NCBI GenBank assembly: GCA_017625615.1
Contig: JAGAKP010000060.1
Span: forward strand, 24,005-88,004
Source of the DNA: Clostridia bacterium
GTDB lineage: Bacteria; Bacillota; Clostridia; Oscillospirales; CAG-382
Length of the DNA: 64,000 nt
Direction: 5' to 3'
Positions 9,233 to 18,565 of the stretch are shown here, piece after piece (the stretch's first letter is position 1; each line of letters opens with the position of its first letter). A program made the translations under genes and the position numbers. A model generated the notes under the pieces. It had not been told where the DNA came from and made no database searches. It worked only from the letters and a program-made list of their open reading frames with translations.

Positions 9233-9305
9233 CTGCCCAGACGGTCGGCATTATTTCGCCTTGCTCCCTTGCGTTGATTCGCAAAAAACCGTCAGTAACA
9301 AAGCG
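9233..9305 (-). promoter_or_regulatory. ZTP (pfl-motif) riboswitch aptamer in the pur operon leader
   Basis: The minus-strand RNA reads CGCUUUG-UUACUGACGG-UUUUUU-GCGaaucaaCGC-AAGGGAG-CAAGGCG-aaauaaug-CCGACCGUCUGGGCAG. P1 is CGCUUUG/CAAGGCG. The conserved ACUGxCG, GGGAGC and CCGxCUGGGCA blocks are all present. The pseudoknot pair GACGG/CCGUC covaries relative to the consensus GGCG/CGCC. Confidence 0.85.
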
Positions 9306-9323
9306 ATTCGTTATTACTCATAC

Positions 9324-9352
9324 ATATTAACATATATTGAAGAAAAAGTAAA
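9324..9352 (-). promoter_or_regulatory. candidate sigma-A promoter of the pur operon
   Basis: TTTACT, 17-nt spacer, TAATAT on the minus strand, about 20 nt upstream of riboswitch P1. Confidence 0.4.
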
Positions 9353-9560
9353 TACCGTCGCAATATTTTTTATGACGAAATTGCACTTTCAAACCAATTC
9401 ATTTTTGTTTTTTTCACCAATACTTCTTTTGCGGCGGTAAAATATGCATAACGTTAACCGTTTAGGTTTATTTATTCAAAAAATAAAGGGATTTTTCAGG
9501 TATTCGCCGTGTTAATATGCAAAAAACAGCAAAAAAGTTAATTTTTTATTCAAAAAGGGC

Positions 9561-9589
9561 TTGACAAAACCGGAAGACGAGTATACAAT
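9561..9589 (+). promoter_or_regulatory. sigma-A promoter of the amino-acid ABC transporter operon
   Basis: TTGACA (9561-9566), 17-nt spacer, TACAAT (9584-9589). Confidence 0.65.
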
Positions 9590-9633
9590 GGGTTAAAATT
9601 TATTTTGTGCTTATTCAGAAAGGAACACAAATT

Positions 9634-10788
9634 ATGAAAAACTTCACAAGAATCGTATGCGCGGTTCTGGCACTTACCTTCTGCCTCCTCTGCGCTACCG
9701 CTTGCGGTGAAGCAAACTATACCGCAAACAACACCACTTACGTTATCGGCTCTACCGGTCCTCTTACCGGCGACGCTTCCGTGTACGGCGTAGCAGTTCA
9801 GCGCGGCGCAATGCTTGCTATTGAAGAGATCAATAACGCAGGCGGCCTCAACGGCGTGCTCTTCTCCTTCGAAATGGTTGACGATATGGCAGCCGCAGAC
9901 AAGGCGGCTACCGGCTACACCTCTCTCTTTGAGAAGGGTATGCAGGCTTCCATCGGCAGCGTTACCTCCGGCTCCTGCGCATCCTTCGCAGCAGAGGCTG
10001 AGGGCGACGGAGTTCTCTTTATGACTCCCTCCGCTTCCGCAGAAAACGTAATCGAAACCGGCGAAAACGCATTCCGCGTATGCTTCGGCGACGCTCAGCA
10101 GGGCACCCTCGCAGCAGACCGGCTCGTTGAGACCTACTCCAAGATCGGCGTTATCTACGATACCAGCGATCCTTACTCCACCGGTCTTTACGAAGCCTTC
10201 GAGGCTCAAATGACCAAGCTTAACAAGGTTAAGGATACCGATTACTTCGTATACAGCTTTACCAAGGAAACCAATAAGGATTTCTCCACTCAGGTTTCCG
10301 AGCTTAAGGCAAAGGGTTGCGACGTTCTCTTCCTCCCCTTCTATTACACCGAAGCAGCTCTCGTTTGCAAGAAGGCAGCTCAGCTTGATTTCAACGTACC
10401 CGTATTCGGTTGCGACGGTCTTGACGGCATCAAGGATCAGCTTGACGATACCGTTACCGCTCAGGTAAGCTACATCACTCCCTTTGATGTTGAAAGCCCC
10501 GACGCAGACATCAAGGCATTCGTTGACGCATTCGAAAAGAAGTACGGCGAAGCTCCCAACCAGTTTGCGGCAGACGGCTACGACGCTGTTATGATCCTCT
10601 ACGAAGCAATGAAGGCAGCAGGCGTTAACGACGTTAAGATCTCCGCTGCAGACCTTGCAGACCTTCTCCGTCCCGTTCTCACCGGCGGCACCTTCAAGTA
10701 CGACGGTCTTACCGGCAAGGGTATGACCTGGACCGTAGAGGGCTCCTGCGAAAAGGATCCTCAGGTCGTTATCGTAGATCGCGACTAA
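9634..10788 (+). CDS. branched-chain amino acid ABC transporter substrate-binding lipoprotein
   Basis: Signal peptide with a Cys (MKNFTRIVCAVLALTFCLLCATACG) and a LivJ/K-like periplasmic binding fold. First gene of a livHMGF-type operon. I chose the ATG at 9634. Confidence 0.85.
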   Translation: MKNFTRIVCAVLALTFCLLCATACGEANYTANNTTYVIGSTGPLTGDASVYGVAVQRGAMLAIEEINNAGGLNGVLFSFEMVDDMAAADKAATGYTSLFEKGMQASIGSVTSGSCASFAAEAEGDGVLFMTPSASAENVIETGENAFRVCFGDAQQGTLAADRLVETYSKIGVIYDTSDPYSTGLYEAFEAQMTKLNKVKDTDYFVYSFTKETNKDFSTQVSELKAKGCDVLFLPFYYTEAALVCKKAAQLDFNVPVFGCDGLDGIKDQLDDTVTAQVSYITPFDVESPDADIKAFVDAFEKKYGEAPNQFAADGYDAVMILYEAMKAAGVNDVKISAADLADLLRPVLTGGTFKYDGLTGKGMTWTVEGSCEKDPQVVIVDRD

Positions 10789-10874
10789 TTTATAATTTGA
10801 TCAACTGAATTTTTGCAGAAGGGCAAAGTTACGTTTACTTTGCCTTTCTGCGAATTCTTGCTTTAGGAGTATTT

Positions 10875-11738
10875 ATGAATACACTTATCAACGGCCTTTG
10901 CTTAGGCGGAATATACGCCCTTATAGCACTGGGCTACACAATGGTATACGGTATTGCGAAGATGCTTAACTTCGCACACGGCGATATTATAATGGTAGGT
11001 GCGTACGCTGTTTACACCACTCTGGCTCTTACGGGGCATACCGTTCCCGCGGTTATAGTGGCTGTTATCGTATGTACACTGCTTGGCGTGCTTACCGAGC
11101 GAGTGGCGTACCGTCCTCTCCGCGGCGCATCTCCCTTGGCGGTGCTTATTACCGCTATCGGCGTCAGCTACCTGCTTCAGAGCGTTTCTCAGCTCATTTT
11201 CGGTGCGGGCACCATTCCCGTTTCCATCGGCAACTGGGGCACTCTTGAGTTGATGGGTATATCCATAAGTATTTCTTCTCTGCTCACTCTCGGTCTTTGC
11301 GTTGTTATTATGGTGGGACTTTCTCTGTTCATCACTAGGACCAAGGCGGGCACCGCAATGCTTGCCGTTTCCGAGGACAGAGCGGCGGCTTCCCTCATGG
11401 GTATTAACGTAAACGGCATTATCACCCTTACCTTTGCCATCGGCTCCGCGCTGGCGGCTTGCGCTTCCGTGTTTTATCTTATGCAGATCCCCGCTGTCAG
11501 CCCCACTCTCGGCGCAATGCCCGGCATAAAGGCGTTCACCGCGGCGGTTATCGGCGGTATCGGCTCCATCCCCGGCGCAATGGTAGGCGGTATCCTTCTT
11601 GGCGTTATCGAAAAGGTATGCTCAAGTATACCCGTTTTAGCACCTTACACCACTGCAATAGAATTCGGCTTGCTTATACTCATTCTCATGGTTCGTCCCA
11701 CGGGACTTATGGGTAAGACCAGAAGGGAGAAGGTATAA
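10875..11738 (+). CDS. livH: branched-chain amino acid ABC transporter permease
   Basis: 287 aa, polytopic, LivH-like (NFAHGDIIMVGAY). Confidence 0.9.
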   Translation: MNTLINGLCLGGIYALIALGYTMVYGIAKMLNFAHGDIIMVGAYAVYTTLALTGHTVPAVIVAVIVCTLLGVLTERVAYRPLRGASPLAVLITAIGVSYLLQSVSQLIFGAGTIPVSIGNWGTLELMGISISISSLLTLGLCVVIMVGLSLFITRTKAGTAMLAVSEDRAAASLMGINVNGIITLTFAIGSALAACASVFYLMQIPAVSPTLGAMPGIKAFTAAVIGGIGSIPGAMVGGILLGVIEKVCSSIPVLAPYTTAIEFGLLILILMVRPTGLMGKTRREKV

Positions 11739-11739
11739 T

Positions 11740-12873
11740 ATGAAAAAGTTCAAGCTTAAGCACTGGATAAACTATATGATCCTTCTCGCCCTCGCGGTTC
11801 CTTTTTCCGTGATCGCGTTTACGGGCACGGTAAAGGGCTCCACCTCTCTTATGCTTACACAGATAGCATACAGCATCGTCCTCGCGGTTTCTCTTAACCT
11901 CGTGGTCGGCTTCCTCGGCGAGCTTTCACTGGGTCACGCAGGCTTTATGTGCGCAGGCGCCTATATCGGCTGCTTTACCGCAAATTATCTGCACACCGTC
12001 ATTCCCGATCCTACCGTGGTGCTCATTCTTTCCATGGTAGTGGGCGGACTTGCAGCCGCACTTTTCGGCTTTATTATCGGACTTCCCACCCTTCGTCTCA
12101 AGGGCGACTATCTTGCAATAGTTACTCTTGCCTTCGGCGAGATCATCCGTACCGTATTTATGAATCAGGAAATTTTCGGCGGTGCTTTGGGACTTACCAC
12201 CAAAAAATACGGTAAGACCTTGTTCGTTATCGCCTTCGTTATGGCGATATTCACCGTGTTCGTTACGCAGAACCTTATGAAGAGTAAGCACGGCAGAGCT
12301 ATTCAGGCTATCCGTGATAACGAAATAGCCGCCCGCGCAATGGGTGTAAACGTAACCTATTACAAGCTGGCAGTGTTCGTTATCGCCGCATTCTTCGCAG
12401 GTATCGCTGGCGTTATCTACGGTCACAATACCACTCCCGTCGATTACGGCTTCTTCTCCTTCAACTATTCCGTAGAAATATTGGTTATGGTAGTTCTGGG
12501 CGGTATGGGTAACATTACCGGCTCCGTGCTTTCCGCAATACTTCTCACCTTTATCAATATTCAGCTTACCACCAAGCTTTCCGGCGACCTTGCGGCGCTT
12601 AAATATCTTATTTACGCACTCATTCTCATCGTTGCCGTTATCTGGAACAACGCTCCCGCGCTTCGCAAGGTGCGTGCAAGATTCGGTCTTCAGCGTCTTA
12701 TTGAGATCATCGTCCACAAATTCAAGGGACACCGTCTCAAGGAAGAGGGCGGTATGGAGGCTCCCTCCACCGCAGACTGGTCCAAGGTTCCCACAAAAAT
12801 ACCTATGGATGCGTTGCTTTCCACCGATATCGTGCCTGAGCAAAGCGTAAAAGAGGAGGGAGATAAAAAATGA
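11740..12873 (+). CDS. livM: branched-chain amino acid ABC transporter permease
   Basis: 377 aa, polytopic, LivM-like (GELSLGHAGFM). Its start is 1 nt after the livH stop. Confidence 0.9.
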   Translation: MKKFKLKHWINYMILLALAVPFSVIAFTGTVKGSTSLMLTQIAYSIVLAVSLNLVVGFLGELSLGHAGFMCAGAYIGCFTANYLHTVIPDPTVVLILSMVVGGLAAALFGFIIGLPTLRLKGDYLAIVTLAFGEIIRTVFMNQEIFGGALGLTTKKYGKTLFVIAFVMAIFTVFVTQNLMKSKHGRAIQAIRDNEIAARAMGVNVTYYKLAVFVIAAFFAGIAGVIYGHNTTPVDYGFFSFNYSVEILVMVVLGGMGNITGSVLSAILLTFINIQLTTKLSGDLAALKYLIYALILIVAVIWNNAPALRKVRARFGLQRLIEIIVHKFKGHRLKEEGGMEAPSTADWSKVPTKIPMDALLSTDIVPEQSVKEEGDKK

Positions 12874-13634
12874 GCGAATATATGCTTGAGACCCGCTCAC
12901 TCGGTATCTCCTTCGGAGGACTTAAAGCGGCGCAGGATATTAATTTAAAGATCAAAAAGAATCAGTTATACGGTCTTATCGGACCCAACGGCGCGGGAAA
13001 GACCACCGTCTTTAACCTGCTTACGGGCGTATACCGTCCCACCACCGGCACCTTTTTGCTTGACGGCGAGGAGCTTGTGGGAAAAACCCCTGCGGAAATA
13101 AACAAAAAGGGTATTGCACGTACCTTCCAGAATATCCGTCTTTTTTCCAATATGTCGGTTATAGATAACGTGCTGGTGGGAATGGGCAACAGCACAAAAT
13201 GCAATATTTTCCAAAGTATTTTCCGTCTGCCCAAGCATTTCTCCACCGAAAAGCAGATGCGCTCCGCCGCACGCGAATTGCTTCGCGTCTTCGGACTTGA
13301 CGATGAACGCCGTACCGTGGCATCCAATCTGCCCTACGGCTCACAGCGCCGTCTCGAAATGGCGCGCGCACTTGCCACCAATCCCAAATTACTTCTGCTT
13401 GATGAGCCTGCGGCGGGTATGAACCCTCAGGAGACCGCAGAGCTTACCGATACCATCCGCCGTATAAGAGACGAGTTTGATATGACCGTCCTTCTTATCG
13501 AGCACGATATGAGCCTCGTTTCGGGTCTGTGCGATGAGCTTACCGTACTTAACTTCGGTACCACCCTTGCACAGGGCAACACCGAGGAGGTACTCCGCCA
13601 TCCCGACGTTGTAAAAGCCTACCTCGGCGAATAA
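12870..13634 (+). CDS. livG: ABC transporter ATP-binding protein
   Basis: Walker A GPNGAGKTT, signature LPYGSQRRLE, Walker B LLLLDEP. C-terminus VVKAYLGE. Confidence 0.9.
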   Translation: MSEYMLETRSLGISFGGLKAAQDINLKIKKNQLYGLIGPNGAGKTTVFNLLTGVYRPTTGTFLLDGEELVGKTPAEINKKGIARTFQNIRLFSNMSVIDNVLVGMGNSTKCNIFQSIFRLPKHFSTEKQMRSAARELLRVFGLDDERRTVASNLPYGSQRRLEMARALATNPKLLLLDEPAAGMNPQETAELTDTIRRIRDEFDMTVLLIEHDMSLVSGLCDELTVLNFGTTLAQGNTEEVLRHPDVVKAYLGE

Positions 13635-13655
13635 AAGGAAAGGAGACGAAGATAT

Positions 13656-14366
13656 ATGGCTTTACTCACAGTTGAAGATCTTGAGGTGTCCTACGGTCTT
13701 ATCCGCGCCATCCGCGGTGTTTCCTTTGAGGTAAACAAGGGCGAGATAGTTGCTCTTATCGGCGCAAACGGCGCGGGAAAAACCACTATTATGCATTCCT
13801 TGTGCAACCTTATCCCCAAAGCGAAGGGAAAGGTCACCTACGACGGTAAGGATATAACCCATATTCCCGCTCATAAGCTCGTGCCTATGGGTATGGCTCA
13901 GGTTCCCGAGGGACGCAGAATTTTTTGCGAGCTCACCGTTGCGGAAAACCTTAAAATGGGCGCGTACACCCGTAGTAACAAGGCGGAAAAGGAAAAAACT
14001 CTTGAGGAGATATACGCACGCTTTCCCATTCTTAAGGAGCGTTCAAAGCAGATAGCGGGCACCCTTTCCGGCGGTGAACAGCAGATGCTTGCAATGAGCC
14101 GCGCGCTTATGTCGCATCCCTCACTGCTGCTGCTTGATGAGCCCAGTATGGGTCTTTCTCCCTTGTACGTTAACACTATTTTCGATATGATCACCGAAAT
14201 AAACCGCTCGGGCACCACCGTTTTGCTGGTTGAGCAGAACGCGAAAAAGGCGTTGTCCGTTGCCAATCGCGCATACGTTCTCGAAACGGGACTTATCGTC
14301 CGCGAGGGAACGGGCGAAGCGCTGTTGAATGATGATGCGGTTATAAAAGCCTACCTCGGCGGGTAA
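13656..14366 (+). CDS. livF: ABC transporter ATP-binding protein
   Basis: Walker A GANGAGKTT, signature LSGGEQQML, Walker B LLLLDEP. Confidence 0.9.
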   Translation: MALLTVEDLEVSYGLIRAIRGVSFEVNKGEIVALIGANGAGKTTIMHSLCNLIPKAKGKVTYDGKDITHIPAHKLVPMGMAQVPEGRRIFCELTVAENLKMGAYTRSNKAEKEKTLEEIYARFPILKERSKQIAGTLSGGEQQMLAMSRALMSHPSLLLLDEPSMGLSPLYVNTIFDMITEINRSGTTVLLVEQNAKKALSVANRAYVLETGLIVREGTGEALLNDDAVIKAYLGG

Positions 14367-14422
14367 TTTCGGGCGTGTATCTTGGGTCAGACCAAAAACG
14401 CAAATAAATACACCGTAATAAG

Positions 14423-14458
14423 AAATGCGAGAGATTGCAATTTATCTCTCGCATTTTT
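14423..14458 (+). terminator. intrinsic terminator after livF
   Basis: AAATGCGAGAGAT / ATCTCTCGCATTT stem followed by a T-run. Confidence 0.8.
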
Positions 14459-14474
14459 ATTCGTTTATAAGGTG

Positions 14475-14500
14475 GAAATCCGTAAATAACGGATTTCTTT
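14475..14500 (+). terminator. second hairpin after the liv operon
   Basis: GAAATCCGT aaata ACGGATTTC followed by TTTCTATTTT. Confidence 0.5.
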
Positions 14501-14516
14501 CTATTTTGCGTTTTTT

Positions 14517-14572
14517 ACGCGTCTTTACTTCGCTAGCTGTAGATTACTACAGCACGCTCGTAAAGAGCGCGT
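14517..14572. repeat. 56-bp imperfect palindrome (nested hairpin)
   Basis: The outer arms ACGCGTCTTTAC and GTAAAGAGCGCGT enclose an inner hairpin GCTGTAG atta CTACAGC. No U-run follows on either strand. Confidence 0.6.
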
Positions 14573-14618
14573 TCTGACCTCAACCTACCCGCCCTCACTT
14601 CGCTGACGGTGGTTCGGT

Positions 14619-16013
14619 TTATTTCTTCTTTTTAATAATTACCACAACTGCGGAAACTGCGATTATTGCCACGGGGATTATTACCCAGATAACGTTAAAT
14701 CCGCCTTTCTTTTCATCGGATACGGATTGGTCCTTGCTTTCGCCTTCGCTTGCTTCGGCTTCGGGTGCGCTTTCGTTTTTGCTTATTTCATCGCTTATTT
14801 CATCGCTTATTTCATCGTTTTTGCTTTCGTTTTCCTCTGTGCTTGCTTCGCTTTCGCTCGTGTCGGAAGCTTCAGCTTCAGGCACGCTTGTATCGGGCAC
14901 GTCGGGGGTGCTTTCCTCATTTGCGGGGGTGGTGTTCACCACTGCGTAACAGCTGAAATGCTCAAGAAGCACGGTCACGGTTCCATTTGCGGAATCAACG
15001 GTGCTTTCAAGCTTGACCGCGTCACCGCTTTCGGGGAGATAATAAACGTCCGCATCCTTGTATCCGTCGGGAAGCCTGAAGGTCACCTTCACCTTGCCGT
15101 TGGGTTGTACGGACTGTCCTTCGTAATCGGTGGCGGTAATATCCATCAGCACGAATGCGGCGTTTTCGGGCAGGCTTTGGGTAGCCTTTTCGAACATATC
15201 ACCCTCGGTCACCTTTTTGTAATTAAGAACCGTGCCGGGCACGAAGGCCTCGGGGTCCACGGTAACGCTCGTCTGCTTTTCCTCAACGACGGGCTTTTCC
15301 GCAAGCTTGCTTTCCTCGGGAATGTCGGTCATGGGTACCTCAAGGTAGGATAAAAACTTTACGGTATCGGTATATTCCACCTTGCACTTTATTGCGGTGG
15401 TGATTCTTACCGCGTAGTTGGTGACCTGCGTGTTGCCCTTCTGGTCGATATAAACGTACTGCTTTCTTGCGTAGTCGATACCCTCGACCTCGCCCTCCTT
15501 GGGGATGTAGGTATCGTATACCTCCGCCTCGTCGTCCCATCTTTCGCCCAGATAACCGTATACGGTGTATACGTTGTTGCCCTCGGAGGTACAGCCGACG
15601 TAGTAATATTCGGGCATCTGATCACCGAAACCGCCCATATAGATATAATAATATCCGTCCTCAAGGTTGCGTTGACGAAGAGACGCAAGCAACGCGTCGC
15701 TTACGGTAAAGCGCGCCGCAACCGCATCCTCAAAGACCTGCTGAGGTATCTTGTGAGAGGTGAACTTTTCCGTGTCCTCTTCCTTGTATGCCTCGAACTT
15801 GTCCGTATCGTAGGACGTAACGAATCCGTACGCAACGTCCGCCGTGGGGCTTTCGCCTTCATCAAAGGGCTCACCCATAAAATACTGATAAAAATACAGA
15901 TGATTTACCTGTCTTTCAAAAACCAGAGCCTTGCTCTCCTCCGCGCTTACCTGAAACGCGAATATTCCACACGTAAGCATTACCGCAAGGAGTAAAGATA
16001 TTACTTTTTTCAT
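14619..16013 (-). CDS. secreted, C-terminally membrane-anchored surface protein of unknown function
   Basis: 464 aa. Signal peptide (MKKVISLLLAVMLTCGIFAFQVSA), an acidic S/E/D-rich linker containing SDEI x3, and a C-terminal TM segment ending in KKKK. Confidence 0.6.
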   Translation of the reverse strand: MKKVISLLLAVMLTCGIFAFQVSAEESKALVFERQVNHLYFYQYFMGEPFDEGESPTADVAYGFVTSYDTDKFEAYKEEDTEKFTSHKIPQQVFEDAVAARFTVSDALLASLRQRNLEDGYYYIYMGGFGDQMPEYYYVGCTSEGNNVYTVYGYLGERWDDEAEVYDTYIPKEGEVEGIDYARKQYVYIDQKGNTQVTNYAVRITTAIKCKVEYTDTVKFLSYLEVPMTDIPEESKLAEKPVVEEKQTSVTVDPEAFVPGTVLNYKKVTEGDMFEKATQSLPENAAFVLMDITATDYEGQSVQPNGKVKVTFRLPDGYKDADVYYLPESGDAVKLESTVDSANGTVTVLLEHFSCYAVVNTTPANEESTPDVPDTSVPEAEASDTSESEASTEENESKNDEISDEISDEISKNESAPEAEASEGESKDQSVSDEKKGGFNVIWVIIPVAIIAVSAVVVIIKKKK

Positions 16014-16044
16014 TGTTTCTTATCCGTTTATCATATTTTTTGTG

Positions 16045-16073
16045 ATTATACAATAAACGGCGTATTTTGTCAA
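16045..16073 (-). promoter_or_regulatory. sigma-A promoter for the 14619-16013 gene
   Basis: TTGACA, 17-nt spacer, TATAAT on the minus strand. Confidence 0.6.
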
Positions 16074-16075
16074 CC

Positions 16076-17266
16076 TTACACTTCTGCAAGTCGTATCCCG
16101 TTCCACGCGTATATCGCCGCTCCTATGGGAAGCACGCTTTCATCAAAGTCGGCTTTGGGGTGGTGCTGGGGGAATATAAATCCCCTTTCCTTTTCGCCTG
16201 CGGCAAGGGACACCATAACGGCAGGCACTTTTTCGCTTATATAGGCAAAATCCTCGCTTCCGCCGCCCCGCGCCACACGGCCGTCGGGGCTTATCATTGC
16301 GGTGGTGTACACCTTTCCGCCGCCCAAAAGTGCAAGGGTGTTTTCGTATACGGAATGGGAAATATTCCTTTCGTTTATCAGCGGCGGAGTACCTGCGGTA
16401 AATATTACCTCCGCCTCACCGCGGTAGGTGCGTGCCACGGAGGAGGATATCTCCGTTATTCTTTTTTGCAGATATTCTCTCGTTTTTTCGCTGTATGATC
16501 TTGCAGTTCCCTTCAGTATAGCCGTATCCGCCAAGGCGTTACCTGCATCACCCGCACGGACGTATCCCACCGTCAGCACGGTTTCCTCCATAGGTTCAGT
16601 TTCACGTGATTGAAGCACCTGAAAAGCGTTTACTATCTGTCCGCATATAAGCGCGCTGTCTACCCCCTGCCAAGGCGCGGAGCCGTGACATCCTTTTCCC
16701 TTTATATTTACAGTAAAATGGTCGCTGGCAGGCGCGCTTACTCCCGGTGAGCACACTATTGCCGTCCCCGCCGGCAGGTCCACTCCCGTTATAACGTGTA
16801 TCATCATAGCGCCGTCCACACCCTTCAGTATGCCCTTTTCTATCATATCCTTGGCGCCCTCCAGTATTTCCTCTGCGGGCTGAAACATAAGGGTTACTTT
16901 CCCCTTTATTTCCCTTTCTCTTTCCTTCAGAAGCTTTGCCGCTCCCAAAAGCATAGCCGTGTGCATATCGTGGCCGCAGGCGTGCATATTTTGCGCGGAA
17001 GAAAAGGGGAGTCCCGTCTCCTCGGATATGGGCAACGCGTCGGTATCCGCACGCAAAAGTATATTTTTGCTTCCCGTGCCGATACACGCCTTTATTCCCC
17101 TTTTTCCGCATTCTTCGGGCGAGTATCCGTATTCCTTAAGGACGTCCCAAATATATTTTTCCGTTTTGGGCGTATCAAAGCCCGTTTCGGCGTTTTGGTG
17201 CAGATACCGTCTGTGGCGGATGAGAACCTCCTTCATCTCTTTGGCGGATTTTAAAAGCTTTTCCAT
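16076..17266 (-). CDS. M20-family amidohydrolase (N-acyl-amino-acid amidohydrolase type)
   Basis: 396 aa. Metal-binding MHACGHDMH motif, M20D-like layout. Confidence 0.85.
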   Translation of the reverse strand: MEKLLKSAKEMKEVLIRHRRYLHQNAETGFDTPKTEKYIWDVLKEYGYSPEECGKRGIKACIGTGSKNILLRADTDALPISEETGLPFSSAQNMHACGHDMHTAMLLGAAKLLKEREREIKGKVTLMFQPAEEILEGAKDMIEKGILKGVDGAMMIHVITGVDLPAGTAIVCSPGVSAPASDHFTVNIKGKGCHGSAPWQGVDSALICGQIVNAFQVLQSRETEPMEETVLTVGYVRAGDAGNALADTAILKGTARSYSEKTREYLQKRITEISSSVARTYRGEAEVIFTAGTPPLINERNISHSVYENTLALLGGGKVYTTAMISPDGRVARGGGSEDFAYISEKVPAVMVSLAAGEKERGFIFPQHHPKADFDESVLPIGAAIYAWNGIRLAEV

Positions 17267-17314
17267 ATTTTCACCTCTGTTGGAAGTGTTCCCCGAAAAG
17301 CACCGAAATAAACG

Positions 17315-17342
17315 AAAAAAGGGCTGATATTTTCAGCCCTTT
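17315..17342 (-). terminator. intrinsic terminator
   Basis: GGGCTGA / TCAGCCC stem followed by TTTTTT on the minus strand. Confidence 0.75.
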
Positions 17343-17345
17343 CCT

Positions 17346-18557
17346 TTATATGTATTTGTATATGTTTTTGTTTTTCGCGCCGTCCACGCATTCGCGGTCA
17401 AGTGCGTTTATAAAGCCCGTTCCCGCGTACATTCTGTACTGACCGATAACCTCGCCGTTATCCATATCGAATATCTTGCCCGCCTTGTTCATCTGCATAA
17501 ACTTCGGTACGGGAAGTACTATCAGTATCTTGTCGCTTGCGCTTTCATAAGCGAAGCTGAACTTTTTAACGTACCTGAATATTTCTATCTGCGCGCCCTT
17601 TTTGCCGATATGGAAAGCGTGTATGTATTCGCCCGTGCCGTCCTCGTACAGCACCATGGGAATACGCTTTTTCATACCGCATATAAGCTTGCAGGAATAG
17701 GTCTTTTTGTCGGTCTGTACAGTAAAGGATTCACCTGCATAAGGCTGGAACAGCGATTTATAGGGCACCTTGATCTCGGACAAGGTGTATCCCTTCTCGC
17801 GGCACACCCTTTCAAGCTGTTTAAAGAAGCTTTTGCGCTTTAAAAGCCCGCGCACGGACCTTATTACGGGAGGCACTATTATTAAAGCCGCTATTACGGA
17901 CAGAATGGTAAGCAGTCCGTTCAAGGTTATTGCATCTGCCAAGCCCTTGAATATTCCCGTAAGTCCGCTGAAATAGGGGAACAGATACACCAGCACCACG
18001 CCGCCGATAAGATACGCGCCCACTGCTATCGCCATCTGCTCGTAATACGCCGCGTTAGAGTATTTTTTACTGTCTCTGCCGTCCTTTTTCCAGTCCCTTG
18101 ATGCGGTAAGAAAGGCTATAACGCCCAGAACCACAAACAAAGGCAGACAAATTCCCGCTATCTTAAGCCTTGCAAGGGCGGTAGCGGCTCCGTTGTTGAA
18201 CACAACGGCAAAGGCGCTTATCTTTATAAGGAAAAATTCCAATGCCGTCACCGCAGAAACTATCCACAGATAAGGGCTTGTAAATGCCATCTTCAATGCG
18301 GTAAACAGGTTTTGATTCTCCGCATCGAGATATCTGTCTCTCAAGTCGGTATCGTATTTTACGCCCTGCTTGAAAAGGGAATAGTATGCGAAAAAGGATA
18401 CTGCAGCTATTACCCAGCACAGATCCCTTGCGGATGCCTCCGTCAGCCTTCCGAAAATAATGAATTGGAAATGCACCACGGCGGTAAGCATGGGGAAAAG
18501 AATATTAAGAAGCATCGCCGCCCCTTTGCGTATATACCCAAAGGTCTTTCCATACAA
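17346..18557 (-). CDS. polytopic membrane protein with a soluble C-terminal domain, unknown function
   Basis: 403 aa. The AAGGAGAG RBS overlaps the lysA stop. Hydrophobic N-terminal two thirds, then a roughly 160-aa soluble tail. Confidence 0.55.
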   Translation of the reverse strand: MYGKTFGYIRKGAAMLLNILFPMLTAVVHFQFIIFGRLTEASARDLCWVIAAVSFFAYYSLFKQGVKYDTDLRDRYLDAENQNLFTALKMAFTSPYLWIVSAVTALEFFLIKISAFAVVFNNGAATALARLKIAGICLPLFVVLGVIAFLTASRDWKKDGRDSKKYSNAAYYEQMAIAVGAYLIGGVVLVYLFPYFSGLTGIFKGLADAITLNGLLTILSVIAALIIVPPVIRSVRGLLKRKSFFKQLERVCREKGYTLSEIKVPYKSLFQPYAGESFTVQTDKKTYSCKLICGMKKRIPMVLYEDGTGEYIHAFHIGKKGAQIEIFRYVKKFSFAYESASDKILIVLPVPKFMQMNKAGKIFDMDNGEVIGQYRMYAGTGFINALDRECVDGAKNKNIYKYI

Positions 18558-18565
18558 AGCTCTCC

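Noticed and set aside
9489-9505. CodY-like box (GATTTTTCAGGTATT) upstream of the branched-chain amino-acid transporter
   Set aside because: It matches only about half of the AATTTTCWGAAAATT consensus and lies about 60 nt upstream of the -35 box. That is too weak to call without a matrix score.
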